A DNA stretch of 63,776 bases, filler included, from Chiloscyllium plagiosum (taxonomy: Eukaryota), in the NCBI RefSeq assembly GCF_004010195.1. It is 4 parts of one record of this genome, joined end to end, with 100 filler letters (N's around TTAATTAATTAA, not from the genome) between each part and the next. Parts side by side here need not be neighbours in the genome. Positions count along the whole stretch, not along the records: positions 48,170 to 58,615 come from NC_057714.1; positions 58,716 to 63,776 come from NC_057714.1; 2 more parts are not named here. One strand, written 5' to 3'. The position numbers and the translations under genes were made by a program. The notes below the pieces were generated by a model, which saw nothing but the letters and a program-made list of their open reading frames with translations, was not told the DNA's origin and did not search any database. The stretch's first letter is position 1. Every line of letters begins with the position of its first letter. This document shows positions 51,941 through 62,927 of this stretch, one piece after another.

Positions 51941-52780
51941 AAATTCAACCCAAACTCTGGGTCAGATACGTTGATGACACCTTTGTAATCATTAAAAACA
52001 CGGAAATAGAGAATACACACCGGATCATCAGCTCCACACTCACAGGAATCCGATTCACGAGAGAGGAAGAAATGGACAATCAACTCCCATTCCTAGACGT
52101 GAGGGTACAGAGAACACCAGACGGAGAATTCACCACTAAGGTACACAGGAAAGCCACACACACAGACCAAGTCCTGAACTATGAAAGCAACCACCCCAAT
52201 ACACACAAACNNNNNNNNNNNNNNNNNNNNNNNNNNNNNNNNNNNNNNNNNNNNNNNNNNNNNNNNNNNNNNNNNNNNNNNNNNNNNNNNNNNNNNNNNN
52301 NNNNNNNNNNNNNNNNNNNNNNNNNNNNNNNNNNNNNNNNNNNNNNNNNNNNNNNNNNNNNNNNNNNNNNNNNNNNNNNNNNNNNNNNNNNNNNNNNNNN
52401 NNNNNNNNNNNNNNNNNNNNNNNNNNNNNNNNNNNNNNNNNNNNNNNNNNNNNNNNNNNNNNNNNNNNNNNNNNNNNNNNNNNNNNNNNNNNNNNNNNNN
52501 NNNNNNNNCTCATCCACAAATTCCATCAACAAACACATCGACCTGGACCCAATATACCGGCCACTGCAGCGGACAGCTGAAACTGACAACGGGAAGCGGC
52601 AGGGACAGGCCACTATAAATGCTGGAGGAAACACCACAGAAGCGCTTCACAGGAGGCTCCCAAGCACTGAGAATGTCACCTAGACAGGGGACGAAACGTT
52701 TGCAACAAAAACTTCCAGCTCGGCGAACAGAACCACAGCAACGAGCACCCGAGCTACAAATCTTCTCACAAACTTTGAAC
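51941..52780 (+). mobile_element. Penelope-like (Poseidon-type) element inserted into an array unit; internal N gap 52211-52508
   Basis: WVRYVDDTFVI, QLPFLDV, HRKATHTDQVLNYESNHP; hammerhead-like terminus 52664-52703; splits ACTGGCCAC|TCGGATGTTTG. Confidence 0.88.
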
Positions 52781-54187
52781 TCGGATGTTTGTCTATTAAA
52801 AAAAAATAAACAGGAGAGTCTCCTCCTCCAATTCTATTTTGATTTAATCCCTGCCCTCCCCTTCACTGTTTGATCACACAGCATTGCCTTTTGTGAAGGG
52901 CACTGCTTGTCACTGGCCACCCGGGTGTTTTCCTATCTTCCTGGTGGTGGAAATTGAATAAAGATTCGTGCACTTTGTGTCCTTCACTGTGTCTCACACC
53001 TGCACACACACACCAGGGGTGCTGGGCAAAAAAATAAGCACTACCGCGGTTAGGAAAAAAAAAAGGAGTGTAAGGGCAGTGCTTGTCACTGGCCACTCGG
53101 GTGTTTTTCCCCTATTGAGAGTTGGATCAGTGTGAAAAGGAAAAAGAAAGAGATAAACAGGAGAGTCTCCTCCTCCAATTCTATTTTGATTTAATCCCTG
53201 CCCTCCCCTTCACTGTTTGATCACACAGCATTGCCTTTTGTGAAGGGCACTGCTTGTCACTGGCCACTCGGGTGTTTTCCTATCTTCTTGGTGATGGAAA
53301 TTGAATAAAGATTCGTGCACCTTGTGTCTCTCACTGAATCTCACACCTGCACACACAGACCATGGGTGCTGGGGAAAAAATAAGCACTACCGCAGTTAGG
53401 CGGTAGTGTGGGGATAAAAAAATTTATAAATGGGAGAGTCTCCTCCTCCAATTCTATTTTGATTTAGAATTGGCCACTGGCCACTTGGGTGTTTCCTTTC
53501 ATCCTGGTGGTGGGAACTGAATAAAGATTTGTGCACCTTGTCTCACACCTGCATACTCACAACATAGGTGCTGGGGAAAATAAGCACTACCACATATAGG
53601 CAGTAGTGTGAAGGAAAAAAAATAGAAAAAAAATAATCAGGAGAGTTTGAGGTTCTGTTCACAAAAAAAAGGGAGAGTCTCCTCCTCCAATTCTATTTTG
53701 ATTTAATCCCTGCCCTCCCCTTCACTTTTTTGATCATGCAGCATTGCCCTTTGATGTGAGAGGCATTGCTTGTCACTGGCCACTTGGTTTCCTTTCATCC
53801 TGGTGGTGGAAATTGAATAAAGATTCGTGCTCCTTGTGTCTTTCACTGTGTCTCACACCTGCACACACACATGGGTGCGAGGGAAAAAATAAGCACTACT
53901 GCTGTTAGGTGGTAGTGTGGGGTAAATAAAAGACAAAAAAACCCAAAAAGGAAACAGGAGCGTCTCCCTCTCCAATTCTTTTTTGATTTAAGCCCTGCCC
54001 TCCCCTTTACCTTTTTGATCACGCAGCATTGGCTTTTGATTAGAAGGGATTTGTTTGTCACTGGCCACTCGGGTGTTTCCTTTCTTCCTGGTGGTGGAAT
54101 ACAAATAAAAATTTAAACATTTTTTTTCACTGTCCTACACCTGCACACACATGACATGGGTGCTGGGAAAAATAAGCACTACCACAG

Positions 54188-54460
54188 TTAGATTAGATTA
54201 GATTACTTACAGTGTGGAAACAGGCCCTTTGGCCTAACAAGTCCGCACCGCCCCGCCGAAGCGCAACCCACCCATGCCCCTACATTTACCCCTTAACTAA
54301 CACTACGGGCAATTTAGCATGGCCAACCTGAGCTGCACATCTTTGGACTGTGGGAGGAAACTGGAGCACCCGGAGGAAACCTACGCAGACACGGGGGAAT
54401 TGAACCCAGGTCTCTGGCGCTGTGAGGCAACAGTGCTAACCACTGAGCCACCGTGCCGCC
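54188..54460 (-). mobile_element. HE1-type SINE (internally deleted) inserted in the terminal hairpin of the last array unit
   Basis: Reverse-complement head at 54460-54395, (GATTA)n tail at ~54190; flanks GCACTACCACAGTTAG and GGCGGCAGTATGGGG. Confidence 0.85.
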
Positions 54461-54659
54461 CGGGCGGCAGTATGGGGCTAAAATATTTAACCGGGGAAAA
54501 GAAAAGGAAAAACAATGAACAAAAAATAAATGGGAGAGTCAGGGGATCTGCTCAGTCTAGGAGCCGGCTCTGTGTTAGCTGGGTCAGTGACATATACTAT
54601 GCACGTGTAAATAAAGAGTGACTTGGTGACTGGATAGTAGCCTTTGTGAAGTTATTTCG

Positions 54660-57600
54660 GCAATGAGACAAAAACACATCCCTGAAAAGATTCTCTTGCA
54701 ACAGTTGTCTTTGAATTATAGAGTCATAGAGATGTACAGCATGGAAACAGACCCTTCGGAATTGAGGTAAGCATTTCTGGTTTCATGCTGCTATTTGGGA
54801 AACTTGACTCGTTGACCCTGCCGTCAAAGACTGGGGTCAGTATGTGGAAAGAATGCATAACTTCCTCCAGGCAAATGACATTGAGGCATATGAAAGTGAA
54901 TGAGTAATTTTGACAATGTGCGGACCTGCAACTTTTTAGGTTTTTAGCCTAACTTCCTGGAGGCACCAGATACTAAAATATTTCAAGAATTGCCGGATTT
55001 AGCAAAGGAATATTACAATCGCAAGTTGTAATTCTGAGAAGCTATCAGTTTTACTCAACATGTTCGAGTACTAGGGGAATCCATATCGGGATTTTTGATG
55101 AGTTAGGATGAATGGCAGAGGCATGTGATTTTGGTTTAACCCTGAGTGAGATACTGAGACACTGTTTAGTGTGTGGGATTAATGATCTAACCAGGCAAAA
55201 CACTGACTAAATGAGGCCCAACTGGATTTCAAACAGGCACTGCAATCGACTTTGTCATTAGAAAATGTGGCAAGTGGATCTTGTGAGTTACAGCTATGCT
55301 GATGGAAGTGGACATCCTCACCAGGGTGACTGTGCTTGGGGAACACCGCATGAGTGAAGGCAATTGCACAGCCTCACTCAGGAGATATCCTGAGCAGAGG
55401 GACTCTAGGTCAGCCCACAGCAAAACCCCAAAACAAATCCAAGCCTTGGCCAAACAGTTAAAAGTTTCTCAAGGATCTGGGCTGGTAGGTCATTGTAATT
55501 TGTGAGCTCGAGACAGCAAGAGAGTCTTGCTAGGCCTGAATTAAATAAGAGAGCTCATACGCCAGGATCCAGGAGAATGCACACCTACATCTGGCTTGGA
55601 ACAGTTATTAAAATGTTTAGCAACATCCAAATTAGAACCAATCAAAATAAACATCTGCTTAATAGACGTTGATATCAGTGCAATGACTGCAGAATTAGTC
55701 TTTATGAAAATTTCTCTGGACCCCAACTCTTAAGTTTGTGTAAGACCTTGGCCAGGTTGAGGACCTACACCAGGGAACCCCTACAGATTAAGGGTACAAC
55801 TTTGATTCTGGTCTCTTAAGAGAAACAACTGGTTCAGTTACAACTCATTCTAGTATAGGGCTCAGGCCCAAGCTTGGTGGAGCAAAATTGTTTGAGAAAG
55901 ATTCAACTTAAATGGTTCAACATTTTTTGATTAGAAAATGGCTGCCTGAGTGAAGTTCTAATTAAACATCCAGAAGTTTTTCAGGGACTATCAAAGGGTT
56001 CAAGGCCACCATACGTTTTGACCAAGAATCAATTTCACGATTCTGCATGGTCTGCCCCAGTGTCATTTGTCTACATGCAAAATTAGAGGCAGAAATCCGG
56101 AGGCTGGACAGTGGAGGAATCAACAAACCAGAATGGGCAGCGATTATGAAGCCCAAAGGGTCAGTTCGCCTCTGTGGGGATTTTAAACAAACGGTGAACT
56201 GCTTTTTGCAGCTGGATAAATACCCAGTCCTTCACGTAGAGGACTTATACATGAAACCTGTGGGGTGTGCCGTCCTTCATGAAGCTGGACATGCGTACCT
56301 GCAATTGCGATTAGATGAGGATTCCCAGATGTGTGCTGCAATTAATACCAATAGGGTTTGTACCAATGTACGAGACTGCCTTTTGCTGTAACATTAGCCT
56401 GTGCCATTTTCCAGAGGACGATGGAGAACATTTTATAACGTCTATCCCTGGGCGCCATTTATCTGAATAACATGCTAACAACCAGGAAGATCAATAAAGA
56501 GCAATTAGAGAACTTAGAACATAGAGCTTAAATTTTCCCCAAGGTGGATGTATGCCTTAGGAGAGAAGACTTGACAAAACAGGGTTACACCTGTTGGAAG
56601 ATAAAGGGAGCGTGATCAAAGGTGCCCCTGCTCCCATGTCTGTACTGGAGTTAGGTCTTTCCTTGGGTTGGTGAATTATTACAGAAAATTCATATGTAAC
56701 CTGACTTCCATCCTGGCACTTCTACATTTGCTGTTGAAAAAGGGTCAGTTTTGGAAATAGTTTCATAGCCAAGACGTAGCATTTAGGGAAGTGAAGAAGC
56801 AGCTAGTATTATCTAAGGTGTTGACACTCTATGATCCCAAGTGAGATGTGGCTGACATGCAATGCCTCCCCATATGCTATCGGGGTAGTGTTGTCCCTGT
56901 ATTGGCTCAGTGGAGAGGAACTCTGATAACATATCCTTCCTAGACTCTGGCTGATGCTGAGTAAAGATACACCCAGATAGAGAAGGAAAGTTTGGTGACC
57001 ATCTTTGGTGTGAAAAAGTTCCACTAAAACATTTATGGACATAAATCTGTTATAGAAATGGACCACAAATCCCTGCTAGAGCTACTTAAAGAGGACAGGA
57101 CTGTGCTGCCCCTCGCATCAGGTCAAATTTAGTTATTCAGAATGCGTACAATTATAAGTTGGAACAATGTCAAGTGGCAAATGTAGATGCCTTGAGCTGC
57201 CTCCCACAGATATATGCACCGCCAGTAGTGCCACCACTGGCAGAATCCATTCTGGTTTTAAACTTTCTGCACACCCTTCCATCCATCATCCAATGGTCTA
57301 GTGGAAAGAGCAGCCCAAACTTTGAATGTAGGCTTAAATATACAGCCTACAGTTTCACTTGATACCAAACTAACCTACTTCCTGTTTGCTTATATGACCA
57401 CTCCTCAGGGAACTATAGGGACAGCTCCAATAGAGTTGCTAATGGGGATAAGACTACACCAGGTTGTATCTGATGTTCACAGACCTGGGGGAGAGGGTGA
57501 AGTGGTATTAGGAATGACAGTGCTGGACACAAGACTCCTCTAATCAGGAGTGGCAGTTTACTTCAGTGGATGACGTTTGCTGTCAAAACCGTGAGAATGG

Positions 57601-58015
57601 CCCTGCATGGGTAAGAGGCATGATTGACTTGAGGTCAGATCCCATGAAGTACAAAGTTCGGGTAGGAGAGGCAGTCGTGAACAAGCATGTGGACTGCATG
57701 AAAGCTGCAACCTCACAAACAAGGCAGGGGCAAACATAGCCAACACCTCAGAACATCCGGCAAGGCTCTGGTCTCTGCCCCTCTGCCTAGCGAAGAAATC
57801 TCTAAAGATGTGACGGACACAGCAGCCTTGATGCAATTGTCACCTGAAGAAGATGAATTTCAGCCAGTGCTCAGGGCACAAGAGACAGTTTAAAGCCCGT
57901 TTCAACTGTCCATATTGAGGCAGAGTCAGAAGAACTAGACCTTGTCCGAAAACGCCTCTTAAGAAGCTACAAGAAAAAGAATGGGTCTACGTCCTAGGAC
58001 GTAGAGGGCAATGCA
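54660..58015 (+). mobile_element. Gypsy/Ty3 LTR retrotransposon internal region (gag-pol pseudogene)
   Basis: gag-like start MLLFGKLDS at ~54785; RT GSVRLCGDFKQTVN...DKYP; RNase H-like TCNASPYAIGVVL; integrase remnant HPSSNGLVERAAQTL; many stops and frameshifts. Confidence 0.85.
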
Positions 58016-58455
58016 TGTAGTGATTGGAATGAGGTCAGCCAGGTGGGTCTCATTGGATATCACTTCCATGACTGGGGTTGTTAACCTGCTCCAATCAGAG
58101 AGTTCAGGGATACAAAGAGGAATGTCAGGGATTCTGCTTACTCTACGACCCAGCTGTGTGCCAGCTGGGTCAGTGTCAGGTACTATGCATGTGTAAGTAA
58201 AGGGTGTCGTGGTGATGGAATAGAACATATGAAACAGGAGCAAGAGTAGGCCTTCTGGCCCCTTGAGCCTGTTCTGCCATTCAATAATGGCTAATCTTCT
58301 CATTAACTCATCTCCACTTAACCACCTGCTCATCTTAATTCCTTTACTATTAAAAAGTATGTTTATCTTACCCTTAAAAACATTAAACAGAGTAGCCTCA
58401 ACTGCTTCACTGGGCAGGGAATTTTGAAGATACCAGCCTTCATGGAGTTATTTCA
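58016..58455 (+). mobile_element. Gypsy 3' LTR with CR1 tail fragment inserted (~58220-58428, -)
   Basis: TG...CA termini (TGTAGTGATT...GTTATTTCA); homologous to the split 5' LTR. Confidence 0.85.
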
Positions 58456-58460
58456 GCCTG

Positions 58461-58615
58461 AATCTCCCCACCTACATTCGGGACACCACCCATGCCCTCC
58501 ACCTGCTCCATGATTTTCGCTTCCCCGGTCCCCAACGCCTTATTTTCACCATGGACATCCAGTCCCTGTACACCTCCATCCCCCATCACGAAGGACTCAA
58601 AGCCCTCCTCTTCTT
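58461..58615 (+). mobile_element. Penelope-like RT fragment
   Basis: LPTYIRDTTHALHLL...FTMDIQSLYTSIPH. Confidence 0.8.
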
Positions 58616-58715
58616 NNNNNNNNNNNNNNNNNNNNNNNNNNNNNNNNNNNNNNNNNNNNTTAATTAATTAANNNNNNNNNNNNNNNNNNNNNNNNNNNNN
58701 NNNNNNNNNNNNNNN
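58616..58715. other. Artificial contig-joining spacer
   Basis: N44-TTAATTAATTAA-N44. Confidence 0.97.
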
Positions 58716-61148
58716 GATGTTTCCCGGGGTCAACAGTTTAGTGTTCAGTTTCCACGTTCCCTTACCAGCCCGCTGCTCATCCTATAGGTGACAGTCGGCC
58801 AGCAGGAGACAGTGGTCAGAGAAGAACACTGGCTTGACGTCGGTGGACCTGACTGAGAGCGTTCGGGACACAGACAGGTAATCTATCCTTGAGCGGATAG
58901 ACCCGTCTGCTCATGACCAGGTGTACCTATGCTGCGCTCCGTCTGCAGGGGTGCTGATCTCATCGTGCAGCTTAGAATCTTTGACCGTTTCCATCAGGGC
59001 TCTGGACGTGGCGTCCAGTTTACTGTCCCCCCCCCCGACAATCGTCCATCTGCATCATGATACAGTTGAAGTCTGCGGCCAGAATGACCGGCCTTGGCGA
59101 CCGGCCTGGACATAGCCAGCAACAGTGGAAGCTGTTGCAGGACGGCCAACCATTCACTCTTACCCGCTGGGGCGTACACGTTGATTAATCTCACGGGAGC
59201 GTTTCTGTATGTAACATCAGCGACGAGGAGGCGCCCGCTCACCACCTCCATAACCTCGGAGATGGTGAAGTTGCCTCCTCGCACCAGGATACCCAGGCCT
59301 AAGGAGCGGTTATCGTTGCCCCCTGACCAAACTGACAGCCCATGGGCCCACAAGCTCGACCATCTCCTGTAACTGCTGAGGTATGGTATCCCACACTCCT
59401 GCAGAAACCGGACATTGGCTTTAACGTTGGCGAGGAAGGCCAACGTTGAAATACATCGCGCAGCAGATTTTATGCTGCGCACATTAATAGTTGCAATTCT
59501 TATCCCCATTTCTAACAGGTTGTGCGGTTACCCATGTCCATTTGCCGCTGGTCCTGCCACTCTGCAGTAGCTGTCTGCATCCCATGGTGAACATGAACTG
59601 CTGGACCCTCGCGGGGCTGAGGTAGCTGTCCAGCTACCCACTGGGCCCATTTGCCCGCTCCGGTGTCATCGGGCTGGGACCAGGGTCCACGTGGTCTGCT
59701 TCTATATCTGACAGCGGGGCTGTCAGAGGGTCGCTGCTCCCAGTAACCTGGAGCTGTGTGGCAGTGGGGCCCTCCTGGCTTTCATCTGGTGGGGGCCCTT
59801 GGTTGTTTTCCATTGCCTCAGGAGGTTCGTCCCTTGTTTGGCAGGTGCTGCCCTCCTTTCTCCCCGCAGCGTTCTGTCTCTTCTTTTGGTGATGACCCTC
59901 CTTGCGCCTGTCCTCACCCTCCGAAGAGCTGTCCGTGTTTTCCCCATGCAGCTGCAATTTCCCCCTTTTCTGGGAGGTTTTGGCGGCCTGGTGGGTTTTC
60001 TTCCTCCTGTTTTGTACCGGTGTACTGGAATCCATTCCTCTGCCTCCTTCTTTCCCTCCTCCTCCTACTCCTCCTCCTCCTCCTCCTCCATCTGTCCTGT
60101 CAGAGCTTCACCCGGCAGCTGTACCTCTCTAGTAGCTGACATCTGCTCCGCACCGGCCTGTCCTTCCTTTTGCGTGCCCCCAGACACTGTTCCCTTGCTG
60201 GTTTATGGTGCCTTGCTGTCCTTTTACGGCCCACCCCCAGCCATCTGCCCATAGGCGGCGGTCCCTCGTCTTGGGCAGGCCTTGTACATGTGACCCGCCT
60301 CCCCGCACATATTGCAGTTCTTGGCCTCCTTGCATTCTTTGGTCGGGTAGCCCTCCTCCTTGCAGTTCAGACAGATCGTGACCTTGCAGTCCGACGCCAT
60401 GTGGCCTGACCTCCCGCAGGTTCGGCACACTTTCGGCTGCCCTGCGTACATCAGGTACCCTCTGCTCCCTCCGATAGCAAAGCTGGAGGGTGGGTGGAGG
60501 ATGTCCCCACTGGCATCAACCCTCAGGGTTACCTTCACCTGTCGTTTGCTGGTCCAGATCCCGAAAGGGTCAACCACATCAGTGCTTTCTCCCTCAACTT
60601 GCACATATCTTCTCAGGAAAATCAGGACATCGGTTGCTGGAACATAGGAGTGTACATATGGATCGTAACAACCTGACTCCTCTGTGCAGGAAGCTCACAC
60701 AACAGGACCGCCGACAAGATGGAGTACAGCGGCTCCCCTTCCTTTTCCTTGAAGACCTTCAGGAGTTGCTCGAATTGCTTCACGCTCCTGAAGGTGACAT
60801 CAAAGTAGCCTGCCCCAGGGAAATCCTGCAGGTAGTACACATCCACTGTGGCGAACCCACAGCACTCAAGCCAAATCTTTTTGACAAACACCGTCCGATC
60901 GACCAGTGTATGCTCCTCCACCTTCTTAACAGTCACCCTGACTGTGTTGCGAACACCCTGGCCCGGGGTGCGGGCAGCTGCTGAGGCCATAGCTCTGAGG
61001 TTGGGTGGTCCCTGAATTGGCGTTAGGCCGAAGCCAGCATGAAGATCCACCACTAGCAGGTCAGCACAACCAAACAATCCTCCAACGTCCAATCACGATC
61101 CAGCGATGATCTCCACTCGCTCTGATGACTCACAACTCGACCCCCGTC
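58716..61148 (-). mobile_element. Keno-like Tx1-clade LINE, 5' part (ORF1 60990-59512, frameshifted; ORF2 from 59509, cut by contig end)
   Basis: ORF1 with three CCHC-type knuckles CRTCGRSGHMASDC, CLNCKEEGYPTKEC, CNMCGEAGHMYKAC; ORF2 APE ATINVRSIK, FLQEC, RLINVYAP, SDHC; 5' end abuts a U2 fragment. Confidence 0.88.
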
Positions 61149-61195
61149 CTGATAAGAACAAACACTTAATCTTAGCCAAAGGGCCAAGAAGCAAT
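61149..61195 (-). pseudogene. RNU2: U2 snRNA 5' fragment (about nt 1-52)
   Basis: Minus strand ATTGCTTCTTGGCCCTTTGGCTAAGATTAAGTGT-TTGTTCTTATCAG versus U2 ATCGCTTCTCGGCCTTTTGGCTAAGATCAAGTGTAGTATCTGTTCTTATCAG. Confidence 0.88.
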
Positions 61196-62149
61196 AGCTG
61201 GGAGGAAGGTTATGCCCAAAATGTCAACTCTCTTGCTCGTCAGATGCTGCCTGACCTGCTGTGCTTTTTCCAGAACCACACTATTGACTCTGACTTCTCC
61301 ACCATCTGCAGTCCTCATTATCTCCTAGTGTTGTTAGAGCTGCGCTTATCCATGAAAGTGAAGAATGTGTCATCATACTCCTGACATGTGCCTTGCAGGT
61401 GGTGAGCAAACATTGGGATAGCAGGAGGTGAGCTAATCACCCTGTAATTCAAATTTCTGACCTAGTTTGGTCGGTATAGTTCAGTTTCTAGCCAATGGTA
61501 TCTCCAGATTATTAATGGAGTTAGGGGGTGGAGCAAGTGGAATCTACCTTTGAATGTAAGGGGAGATGGTTAGATTCCCTTTTATTTCAAATGGGCATTG
61601 CTTGGTATTGGTGTGGTGCAAATGATTCATCCAACTTGTCTCAAAATATTATAATCCCTTATCCATCATAATATTTACATTTCACAAACCACCAGGGGCC
61701 TTGGCAGACTTTTAAGGTGGCAGAGAACAGATTTACACAGTTGCTAATTGCTACACAGCCATTTAGCACACTGTAGCCCACTCAGGACAAAGTATTGCTA
61801 CAGAGAGTTGCAGGCCAACCTGAGTGGCAGGCAGTTCTGTCATCCTAGTGCTGACCATTCCTGGGACTGCAGCAGTATCCAATCCCAGACACAATATGGG
61901 AGTAAGACTGGGGTCGTACGATGGAGATCAGATGAATTCTTTCACAAGAAGAATGGAAAGGAAAAGTGCCAAGGGTAGGCAATGAGTCAAAACCTGGTAC
62001 GAGGTGACGAACATGATTCCATCATCCTTCACAAATACCATTTGAACCTGCCATTAATCAAAAGGTACCCGCTTGTCTTTGACTTCCTCCTGCTACCCTC
62101 TTAAATGAGGCTGAGCAAGGTATGGCTCTTAAATGACCATATAATTCTA

Positions 62150-62690
62150 TATGAGCTCATCTTCTTCCTCATGCTGCTGAGGAAGTTTGGCTTGACGGCA
62201 AATACCCTGGCCAACTTTTACAGGTGCACCATCAAGAGCATTCTGTCTGGATGTATCACAACCTGGTATGACAACTGTAACATACCAGGTTACAGAGAGT
62301 GGTGAACAAGCACAAAGGCCAACCTCCCATCTATAGAATCCATCTACCAGGTTCGCTGTCAAGGAAAGGCTGCCAGCATTCTCAAAGATCTATCCCACCA
62401 CGGCAATGTTTTTTTCTACAACTTCTACCATCGGGGCGAAGATACAGAAGCCTGAACACATGCACCAGCTAGTTTTGAAACATTTCTACCCTACTGTTGT
62501 TAGAATGCTAAATGGACTCACAAACTCTTAACATTCGTCTGTACCTGTGTTTTTGTTTTTTTCTGCTGTTTACCTATTATTTACTTATCTATGCTACTTA
62601 ACTCTGTGATCAGCCTGTATTGCTCGCAAGACAAAGCTTTTCACTGTACCTCGGTACACATGACAATAAATTCAATCCAAATTCAAATTC
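62150..62690 (+). mobile_element. Rex1/Babar-like LINE 3' end
   Basis: LRKFGL...TLANFYRCTIKSILSGCITTWYDNC; AATAAA followed by a (ATTCAA)-like tail. Confidence 0.75.
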
Positions 62691-62927
62691 ATAATATGCC
62701 CATACACAGCTACTATAACCTCAATTGACATTGTTAGGTTAATTTACAAAGTTGTTACAAATAACTAAGACAGTTCTTCTAATATTAATACCTAATATTA
62801 TTTTTGTATCAATCCACTATAGTTAATTTTCACACACTTTGAAATGCTTGCAAGCCTTCTTTAAAGTAATGAAATGTTGTAATACATTGCAAACAAACTT
62901 AATTTTGACACTGAACCACATGAAGGG

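Larger units (their letters stand above)
50527..54539 (+). repeat. Array of poly(A)-tailed LINE 3' ends (probably Tx1 clade) separated by copies of target ATAAACAGGAGAGT
   Basis: Exact target at 50527, 50678, 51076, 51260, 51918, 52806, 53153; variants at 50741, 51211, ~51424, ~51491, 53426, 53633, ~53952, 54526 and others; after the first copy each follows an A-tract; shared ~270-nt unit with AATAAA and a terminal hairpin. Confidence 0.9.
50426..54659 (+). mobile_element. Gypsy 5' LTR, split by a ~4-kb insertion array
   Basis: 50426-50540 (TGTAGTGATT...CCAATCAG...ATAAACAGGAGAGT) and 54526-54659 (...AATAAAG...GTTATTTC) together align with the 3' LTR at 58016-58455. Confidence 0.85.

Noticed and set aside
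50527..54539. CRISPR array
   Set aside because: Vertebrate DNA with no cas genes; the repeats are only 14 nt, and the intervening pieces vary widely in length, are homologous to each other and end in poly(A). Better explained as target-site duplications.
50421..58460. Gypsy target-site duplication
   Set aside because: Flanks CACTG and GCCTG match at only 3 of 5 positions; not supportable.
61149..61195. Functional U2 snRNA gene
   Set aside because: Only the 5' ~50 nt; the branch-point recognition sequence is partly deleted; no Sm site or promoter seen.
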